From Salisapilia sapeloensis CBS 127946 (lineage: Eukaryota > Protista > Oomycota): a stretch of 50,992 nt of DNA. The notes beneath the pieces were generated by a model. That model was not told where the DNA came from. It did not search any database and saw only the letters and a list, made by a program, of their open reading frames with translations. The stretch is from assembly GCA_023334545.1 (NCBI GenBank), contig JAADVB010000130.1, forward strand, positions 1 through 50,992, in the 5' to 3' direction. The translations under genes were made by a program, and so were the position numbers. Below are positions 43,249 through 50,992 of the stretch, piece by piece (within the stretch, counting starts at the first letter, position 1; each line of letters begins with the position of its first letter).

Positions 43249-44913
43249 ATGACGCAGTCGTATTATAAATCAACGCATCGTATCAAGTGGAGGAGAATGA
43301 AAGTACTCACCAAGCTCTTGATCACTTTCGTATCTTATGAAATTACCACTGGATTGTATGCTTATTGTACTCGATCGGACATTGCCAAGAGAGGTGGATC
43401 AATACCCTACGCTAGGGGTCGCATCCCCGGCATCAACCACGTGATCACCGTGGCGATGAACATCCATCGAATCCATGATTTCATCTCGGACAAGTTTGAG
43501 GAAAATGGTGGTCATCCATTCTATCTTAGTGTTCGACTTGGATGGCGAAATGGAGCCGTTTTTCTCTGCTCCCCAGCTCATTTCAAAGATGTAATGAAAA
43601 CGCAATTCCATGCTTTTGATAAGGGCCCTCGACTACATGATGCATTGTTAGATGTACTAGGACGTGGGATTTTCACCCAAGGTTACAATACAACACCTGA
43701 GGAACAGAAATGCATAGAACTAATCTCTTATTAACCTGTAGATGGCATGTCGTGGCGACATCAGCGAAAAGTAGCTAGTAATATTTTCACAATGAGGCAG
43801 CTTCGCGAGTCAATGGCAAAAACCAGTCAAAAGTGGCTAGTTCGACTCAACAGCATCTTTGGGAGGCATTGTGAGACAGGAGAGTCTCTAGACCTTTTTA
43901 CTCAAATGCAGCGTTTTACATTTAGTGCATTTGCCGAAATGGGATTGGGAGTAGAAATGAACTGTTTGGATGTCAAAGTTGAACATCCATTTCAGGCAGC
44001 ATTCGATCGCGCACAGCATACGATGGCAATTCGATTTATCTTGCCACCGATTGCTTGGAAGACCCTTCGCTTCCTACGTTTCGGTTGGGAGCGTCAGCAT
44101 CAAAAAGACATCGAGCTTATTAATCGAGAGGTGATGCAGATTATATCAAAGTCTTTGGAGCATCGTCGTCTTCAAAAGGATGATAAGTTGGATATCGAAC
44201 AAGACATCGTATCTCTCTTTTTGGGTAGCATGAATGATAGTGGCATTAATGTCGATCCGAAATATCTTCGGGACATCGTCGTTAACTTTCTTCTAGCAGG
44301 CAGAGATACTACAGCTCAAACGTTAACATGGTTCTTCTACCTTATCAATCTGAATCCACAAGTTGAGACAAGGATCCGAACTGAGTTAAGGGAACGAGTG
44401 CCGAAGGTGATGCTGAACTCGATTGAGTCACCATCAATGGAAGACGTTTCTGGTCTGATATACTTGGAAGCAGCACTTCTTGAAACACTCCGATTGTACC
44501 CACCGGTTCCATTGAACCACAAGCATACAAATCGTGACGTTCTGCTTTCGGATGGTACTTTCATCAAGGCTAATACAGGCATCTTCATTCCATCCTATTC
44601 TATAGGAAGGATGAAGTCAGTTTGGGGTGAAGACGCGAAAAAGTTTATACCTGAGCGCTGGGTCGATCAAACGACTGGAAAGCTTGTTTCCGTACCGACA
44701 TGGAAATTTCCAGCTTTCCATGGAGGGAGTCGGGCCTGTCTCGGACAGCGGCTGGCGATGATGCAGATGAAGATCGTAATTGCTAGTCTGGTAAGCAAGT
44801 TTCAAGTACGGATAATTCCTGGACAAGAAATTAGGCCTGACCTGTCGCTGACACTGCCAGTGAAGAACGGGATGAAAGTGAAGATTTATCGAGGTATCGC
44901 TCCTAAAGGATAG
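43249..44913 (+). CDS. Cytochrome P450 (CYP86/94/704-clan-like), 2 exons
   Basis: 60-nt intron 43682-43741 gives GIFTQDGMSWRHQRK; AGRDTT, ETLR, PERW and heme motif FHGGSRACLG. Confidence 0.95.
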
Positions 44914-45895
44914 TTCATGTGAAGTTCAAAGTTCTTGAGCTACGTTCACAGGTTGATGCAACAAAGACGCTGAGACTTACCATAAAACAACAGCATACGC
45001 ATTGAGAAAAATACAGCATTGATCTTCATTCAAGTGATCACATTCTACATTTCCATAAAATTTTAAGCCTTTGCGTCCTTGCAAAAAGTTGCCGAGTTGG
45101 GAGATTGAGTAATTTACCATTCTTGATAGCAGTAATTGCACTGATGACGTTGGAAATTGGCCTAGGATGAATATTAGTGACTGGACTGGTCAAAGAAATA
45201 CCGGCTCACTCTGCTCGACGAAGTAAATGCTTCGTTCATTGCATGCACCGTTGGATATAGATATTCCATGCGCACTACTTTATTTATAAGCAGTCTAGTA
45301 ACTTAATTCCTTCTAACATTTGTATCTTAGACGATCATTTATGCCCGTAGGAGCTGGACGTGTATTATAAGTACTTGCGCTAGTACTTATAACAAGTAAA
45401 AATTCTTGTGTCGATTCAATGCAGACACTGCGAAAGCTTAACAATATCTACATGAGCGATTTCTAATCACACGATTTGGTGATGGAAGCAGACTAGTTCT
45501 CAGAGTGCCTGTAGTGTATTAGCTTCGTTTGATCTTGAGTTGATGAATCCAGCCAAAGGTAAAAAGAGAATGTACCTGCGTTCCCAGTATTTTCGGTGAG
45601 CATGTGCTATAAATGTGTCTTCTAGAACCTGAAGAGCTGATCTTTGACTTTGAATCGATACGTCTAATGCAAATCCACAATCGGAGAGTCACCGGCCTGC
45701 CTACCTTGGACACAATCACTTCATTGATGAGAAAAGTTTAGTACTCGTAAGGACACAACTAAACAGAGATTCACGTCAGTTTGGAATCATCAAGCTGACT
45801 AGAATACAAGTCTAGGGATGAAGATACAACTGTATTTATCGTGAAACTAAATGCAGAAGTGTTTTTGACAACATGCGAGCTCAGAAGACGAAAAA

Positions 45896-47443
45896 TTAAC
45901 AGTGATTGTCCGTCGGGGCAGGAGCGGGAGCGTCCGTCGGCCCATCGGTGTCACTGGTGGGTGACGGGGCGTCGGTTTTGTCAGAAGTAGGTGACGGAGC
46001 GTCAGATGAAGGGGGAGATGGGGTTTCGGATGGAGGCGTTGACGCTGGAGTATCGGAATCCGTAGGAGACGGTGGCGCTTCGGCCGAAACTGTTGGTACT
46101 GGCGTGTCAGGCTCTGCAGGAGGGGATGGAGTAGTGGTTGGTGTCTCAGTCTCAATATTACAGATAAGCTCCTGTCCAGAACATTCCTGAGCGTCAACAG
46201 CGCACTCATCGAGCTCGAGAACGCAAAGCATCCAGCAAACCTGAGCACCACCAGAGCTCACGGTACAGTCGCAACTTTCTTCACATATTTGCGGATCGGT
46301 GCCATGACTACGGTTGCAAACGACTTCACAAGTGTCCGCTGGTTCTTCCTTACCCGCTTTCACCTTACACTGGTTGTGAGAGCACTCACTCGCAGCAGAA
46401 GCTAGTAGACGGCGTCCTGGCGAGCAGCCGATGGACATCATGTCGGAGCTCACAGCTTGCTCAGCATAGTTTGAAACCAAGTTAGCATGCTCTCCGAAGG
46501 TAAGCTGAGACAGCATGCGATGGTTGGTCGGAAGCAGAGTCATTTTTCCATACCAGGCTCGGAGCATGCGCTGCGTTGGCTCAAGCTCGATGTCCGGCAT
46601 GCGCATGCCATGCGTGACAGCGGGAAGCTTTTCTGAGGAAGCGATCCAGTTAGAGAAACCCGTACCGATCATGATGGTCAGGTCGTTCGGTTTGAGCGTC
46701 GGACGCACGCGTTTACCGTCTTTGCGTTGGATCACGAGACCAGTTTCATCATCAGAGCTTACAGACACGAGGTCCATCTTACCGTTTCCCTCGACTGCGT
46801 AGATGACTGGTGTCGGGAAGGCAATGAATAAACCGTCATCTTCGTGCAACTGCAGCGAAAGATCATCGTCCTCAAGACGTCGCTGTTGCTCTGATGATGC
46901 TTCATACGCGTGGAAGTGGTCCAAACGCATCGCCTCATCAAACAGTCTGCGCGACGTAGTCGCGACATTGTTGCCGTCTGACGTGACGAATGGTGTAGCA
47001 TCAAGAGTGTCCGCCAGCTTCGACACAGCTCCTTCCACCACATCCGAAAACGTGGTGTAGATATCACCGTAGCCGGAGCATTTTTCGTCCACCGCACTGA
47101 CAGCACCGTGATCAGGGTTGCTGCCAGACTCGGTACGGATCGTATAACGCTTCGTTCCATCTTGTAGCTCCTTGGATAGCAAAAAGTTGACGCTCGCATC
47201 CTTGGAAGACACTACGCATTCTGCTGCTTTTTGCAAGTAAGCCGCTCTTGCATCAGCGTAACCCGGGATGTTGCTGAGACTAATGATCCCATCCTGCTTG
47301 AGGGCTGAGAGGACGATGTCTGGGTTTCCACTGTCCGCCAAGGTTTCGTAGTTGAAAGCTGGGATAGCGTATGAAGGAGCTTTGTCGGCCGTGACAAGGC
47401 TAGCCAAGCAGGCTGTAGCGACTAGAGGAACGGCTCGCATCAT
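45896..47443 (-). CDS. Secreted 2OG-Fe(II) oxygenase-like protein with a Cys-rich domain and mucin-like tail
   Basis: Signal peptide MMRAVPLVATACLASLVTA; LHEDDGLF (HxD), AVTHGM (distal His), LRAW; 12-Cys domain; P/S/T/D-rich tail. Confidence 0.8.
   Translation of the reverse strand: MMRAVPLVATACLASLVTADKAPSYAIPAFNYETLADSGNPDIVLSALKQDGIISLSNIPGYADARAAYLQKAAECVVSSKDASVNFLLSKELQDGTKRYTIRTESGSNPDHGAVSAVDEKCSGYGDIYTTFSDVVEGAVSKLADTLDATPFVTSDGNNVATTSRRLFDEAMRLDHFHAYEASSEQQRRLEDDDLSLQLHEDDGLFIAFPTPVIYAVEGNGKMDLVSVSSDDETGLVIQRKDGKRVRPTLKPNDLTIMIGTGFSNWIASSEKLPAVTHGMRMPDIELEPTQRMLRAWYGKMTLLPTNHRMLSQLTFGEHANLVSNYAEQAVSSDMMSIGCSPGRRLLASAASECSHNQCKVKAGKEEPADTCEVVCNRSHGTDPQICEESCDCTVSSGGAQVCWMLCVLELDECAVDAQECSGQELICNIETETPTTTPSPPAEPDTPVPTVSAEAPPSPTDSDTPASTPPSETPSPPSSDAPSPTSDKTDAPSPTSDTDGPTDAPAPAPTDNHC
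45900..46150 (-). repeat. Mucin-like Pro/Ser/Thr/Asp coding repeats
   Basis: DAPSPTSD twice, plus TPSPP and APPSPT units. Confidence 0.8.
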
Positions 47444-47494
47444 GGTCTCTTCAAAACGGTCGGGAACGGAGTCGGATGGTGTCGGTTAGAAGGC

Positions 47495-47510
47495 CAATTT
47501 GGAAATGAGC
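47495..47510 (-). promoter_or_regulatory. INR/FPR-like core promoter of the secreted oxygenase gene
   Basis: Minus strand GCTCATTTC-CAA-ATTG versus consensus GCTCATTYB-NNN-WTTY (one mismatch), 52 nt upstream of the ATG. Confidence 0.6.
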
Positions 47511-48090
47511 TCTCTGTGGACTAAACCAGAAACAAGGACGGACGAATGCATCCGACGATGACAGGCATTATCGATTGGGTTGACCTACTTGAACATCTTT
47601 GTTGTCTGTTCATCTCCAAGTTACCACCTTAATCGATACCAATCTCATGATTTTAAATTGTACCATTCTTGTGCACTGACTTACGTCACTGTAGTCCATA
47701 GGTGGAGAGGGTGCAAAATGTTATTGTTGCCTAGGCACCACGTCACTTCATTTTATATCAGAAGCGTTTCATTGAGTGTATAGACAAAATTTAATTCACG
47801 TACGCTGCTTTGTGCGTGTGGTGAAGATGCCTGCATTTGGAAAAACCCGGATAATGTCTAGGTGAACTATCTATCTGCCCAATTCAACAAACTTGTTGGC
47901 TACTTCTATGTACGCATTCTGATTTTGCTCGTGGAGACGAAAAGCGATGACACGCTACACTGCATTGATAGTACATTATTGAATGGGTATCATCAACTGC
48001 AATTGATCTATTCAGCGACGTACTACAACGAAGTAGGTACAATCCAATCAATTTAAACGCGAACAAGTCATTTTTGCAAAATATATATTG

Positions 48091-50070
48091 CTACTCGAGT
48101 GAATGGTACCGCCGAAGCACTGGATTATTATGCACCTTGCATCCAATGCACCTACAGTCATCGCCACAGTCACACTTACCTCCATAGTTTTTTGCACATC
48201 CTGGAGCTGACCAACCAACCGCATAAGCTGTTTCTCCTGCTAATTCGTCCACGAGGTCGGATAGATCGTTCATATAGTTCAAGTCAGACCCACAAGCACC
48301 AAATTCAGTTGCAGCGGAACAAGTAGGGTAACTGGAAGTCGACAGAACTTGTGGAGTATCACCAGATCTCGAGACGTATGCAGTCTTAAACCCCTTTGCT
48401 TTTACATGCTGAATGAGTGAAGCATCATCTTGCACAAACGCTTCCACAATGACCTCTTTTCTCTTTGGCAGTAGCAGTATATTCTGTACTCCTTCCACCT
48501 CGGCAAGACTGGTACGAATCCCATCTGCAGCGACATATAACCGGTTCGCATCGTCCAAGTGGAATGTATAACATAAAGGCAAAGCTTGCACGTAGACTAG
48601 TTTGCAATTGAATCCATAGCCGGATAGTGCAGAATCTAGACTTTGCAACGACATACAGCCTTCTACTGTCAGTCGACGCAAATCAGTGTGAAGCTGCACG
48701 AATGTGACGCTCAATATAGTGCGAACAGCGGTCATAATATCAGACATATTGCTGTCTGCAACGTCACCAGGTAGTAACTCATAAATCACCCGCTTTCGAA
48801 GCCAGGAAAGTTTTGTAGCGCTTTCCACTTCACAGCTCGCGTGTGTCCAGCCAAACATGTCGGTAACTGCTGATACTTTGAGACTTGCATCTGTGTACAG
48901 TACAAAGCTAAAAGTGTTCTCTGTGAAATCTTCCGGCTCAGTATGGACACTTCGAACACCTTCGATACCCTTTAGCATGGACTTCACTAGTGTTTTATCC
49001 AGTCGAATTGGAGATGTAACACTAATCACGATCCGGCGGAGGGTGATATCATCAGATACAAACTGGTCTCTAGCACTGTTTCGACTCGACGGGGCTTTCT
49101 GCTCAAGTGTTTTACGCTGCATAGGCGTCAGCATCTCTGGTCTCGCATGATTGATGGGGGGCGGATTAGATGGCAAGCGTCCGTGAGCTTTAGGAATAAC
49201 ACTTTCGGATGCAGCAAGCACTGTGCTATTATTGCTTTGATCGACATCCATGACAAGACCTAGTAGACGGGTGCTTTCACTTACAGACCATACTGGTGAG
49301 ATAGATTGTATAGATGGTGGTGAGACGTTATCTTCGGAGCTAGAAAGAGCTACGGATGAACCGTCCATCTCTTTAGAAGTCAGGTTGGTGTCCAACTCCA
49401 CTGCAGCGAATGATTGACGCAGGTTGCCTGCTGATTCCTTTTCCTTGCCTGTTAGACTGTCTTGTGTAGTGCCTGGTTCTTCAGTGATATCTTTATTCTC
49501 ACTGGACACTTCATGGAGCTTACAAAAACGACGTAGTGGTGCTCTCACAGTACGTTGACAGCCAGACTGGTTGCAACGCCTACGATGACCATGAACCCAG
49601 CACTTACCTCGTCCTTGACTAGTCTTCTCACACCCTGGCTCAGTACATTTCCGACCTCCACCATGAGCCGAACAAAAGCCGCCACCGATGTCAGACTTTG
49701 TGCATTCAGGATACTGGCATCGCTTGCCGCCTCCGTGAGCTCGGCAGTACCCACGTCCAGCATCTACCTTGTTACAGTTTGACGCTCTGCATTTTGCCCC
49801 TCCACCATGAGTACGACAATATCCTCCAGCCTGCGCTCCTTTCGTGCAGTTATTAGCCTTGCATTTAGGACCTCCGCCATGGCGTGTACAAAAGCCTCCT
49901 CCAGCGTCGATCTTTACACATCCACTCTTACTACACAAGCGGCGGTTGCGTTTCCGCGTACCAGTCTTTACCATATCGGTATCGTGCGTGTAGAGAAATA
50001 CTGACTGTGAAGCTCCGTTACACTTAGACGCCATAGCGTTCGTCGATTGGTCGCGTATCGTGGATGCCAT
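48091..50070 (-). CDS. Multi-domain metal-binding protein: six C-x4-C-x9-C-x2-H repeats, three HMA-like folds and a Cuf1/Mac1-type Cys-rich motif
   Basis: 659-aa ORF. Repeats at aa 46-186 (CSKSGCVKIDAGGGFCTRHGGG type); HMA-like segments at about 49045-48370; C-terminal CDCGDDCRCIGCKVH. Confidence 0.9.
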   Translation of the reverse strand: MASTIRDQSTNAMASKCNGASQSVFLYTHDTDMVKTGTRKRNRRLCSKSGCVKIDAGGGFCTRHGGGPKCKANNCTKGAQAGGYCRTHGGGAKCRASNCNKVDAGRGYCRAHGGGKRCQYPECTKSDIGGGFCSAHGGGRKCTEPGCEKTSQGRGKCWVHGHRRRCNQSGCQRTVRAPLRRFCKLHEVSSENKDITEEPGTTQDSLTGKEKESAGNLRQSFAAVELDTNLTSKEMDGSSVALSSSEDNVSPPSIQSISPVWSVSESTRLLGLVMDVDQSNNSTVLAASESVIPKAHGRLPSNPPPINHARPEMLTPMQRKTLEQKAPSSRNSARDQFVSDDITLRRIVISVTSPIRLDKTLVKSMLKGIEGVRSVHTEPEDFTENTFSFVLYTDASLKVSAVTDMFGWTHASCEVESATKLSWLRKRVIYELLPGDVADSNMSDIMTAVRTILSVTFVQLHTDLRRLTVEGCMSLQSLDSALSGYGFNCKLVYVQALPLCYTFHLDDANRLYVAADGIRTSLAEVEGVQNILLLPKRKEVIVEAFVQDDASLIQHVKAKGFKTAYVSRSGDTPQVLSTSSYPTCSAATEFGACGSDLNYMNDLSDLVDELAGETAYAVGWSAPGCAKNYGGKCDCGDDCRCIGCKVHNNPVLRRYHSLE

Positions 50071-50449
50071 GATCTGTACATGGGGCTCGTAAGATTTGAC
50101 ATGGAAACTACCATTTCAACCATAGAAGACCATCTGCCACTGCAGCTGCTGTAGGTGGATCGGTAGCATATCAGCTCGGTCAGTAGCACAGTATAGAATC
50201 AAGACGTGATGAAGTAGATCATGTACACCGTTTATATTATCTTGCAAGTATATTTGGATTGGCTACCGTCGATGATATCATTTAAGCACACATGATCATT
50301 CTGCCACGATGGGCTTTAGCTGCACAAACGGTTTCAAGAGCGCTTGCTAGTAGCTCAGGGATATGACATAGCGAGAGTGTTACAACTGTGCAAGTTTTAT
50401 GAAATGAGGTCCGAGGCTATTCAGGATCGAAGGTATAGTGTGGATTAGT

Positions 50450-50992
50450 TGAGGCGTGCGAGGTGGATTATGTAGTATCGATAATGTTTGTGCACAAATT
50501 GAAATGTATCTTACTGGCAGTAAGATATCGCTCCCTGTCTACCACCATCTACCGACAATAGTCTCTGTCGGAAGCGGATATATCAATACAAGTAATTTAT
50601 ATGCCATGTAAAAAAGGAGACTTATAACTCTTTTGTAGCAAATACAAAAAGCAAGCAGAAGTATGTGATCAAAGTACTACAAGTAAAGTGACCTCGACTA
50701 AAAATATACGGCAGCAATTCCCACCTTCGTGTCTGTTTACTGACTTGAGACGGCCTAGTTGGCATCGAGTTGTTCCGTGCATACTAGCAACAGAAATTCT
50801 ATCGGCCAGAGCAAAATCTCTCCAAATCATACTTTGTTGTCTCCGGCAAATAAACAAGAAAGCACCAAACGAGCATTTCTGCGATCTTTATCGATAGGTT
50901 TGAATGCCCAGAGCTCCAGATCGTCGTGACCACCTTAGTGAGCGCGACGAGTTTCAAAATGCACTTCATCCCGGCAGCTGATGTGCTGTATC
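50450..50992 (-). CDS. Possible 3' exons of an intron-rich gene entering from the right edge
   Basis: GGHDDLELWAFKPIDKDRRNARLVLSCLFAGDNK, a 49-nt GTATGA...GCTAG spacer, then YARNNSMPTRPSQVSKQTRRWELLPYIF in frame. No family recognised. Confidence 0.25.

Noticed and set aside
45906-46190. Gly/Val/Ser-rich plus-strand ORF
   Set aside because: Antisense reading of the mucin-like repeats.
50959-50992. ATG-initiated frame MHFIPAADVLY at the right edge
   Set aside because: Only 11 codons are visible and it conflicts with a possible minus-strand gene.
1-50992. rRNA, snRNA, CRISPR arrays, transposase/RT ORFs, RxLR or CRN effectors, stop-codon reassignment
   Set aside because: No diagnostic sequences were seen; long ORFs read cleanly in the standard code and breaks are explained by GT-AG introns.

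Overview
Gene-dense eukaryotic DNA, most likely from a flagellated (zoospore-forming) oomycete. This rests on oomycete-type families (START+FYVE, C-x4-C-x9-C-x2-H repeat protein, CYP86/94/704-clan-like P450), INR/FPR-like core promoters, and ciliary genes (TSNAXIP1-like, possibly KIAA0753-like). About 28 protein genes are supported, many interrupted by short GT-AG introns (40-80 nt) that fragment the ORF track; I joined exons by hand where splice sites restore the frame. Recognisable genes: extended synaptotagmin, ABCB/MDR transporter, CIA1, GDP-mannose transporter, double-homeodomain protein, EF-hand protein, HROB-like, EAF6, LPAAT, alpha/beta hydrolase, AP2-like, START-FYVE, ARM/ankyrin giant, TSNAXIP1-like, TMEM8/CREST, PAP2 phosphatase, CaMK-like kinase, phytol/DAG-kinase-like, P450 and a secreted 2OG-Fe(II) oxygenase-like protein. 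No rRNA, tRNA, CRISPR or clear transposon was seen. The top lead is 48091..50070: six CCCH-type zinc repeats, three HMA-like folds and a C-terminal motif with the Cys/His spacing of the S. pombe Cuf1 copper-sensing module, i.e. a candidate oomycete copper sensor/regulator. Two small spliced genes missed by the ORF track were also reconstructed. All family calls are by motif recognition, not database search.
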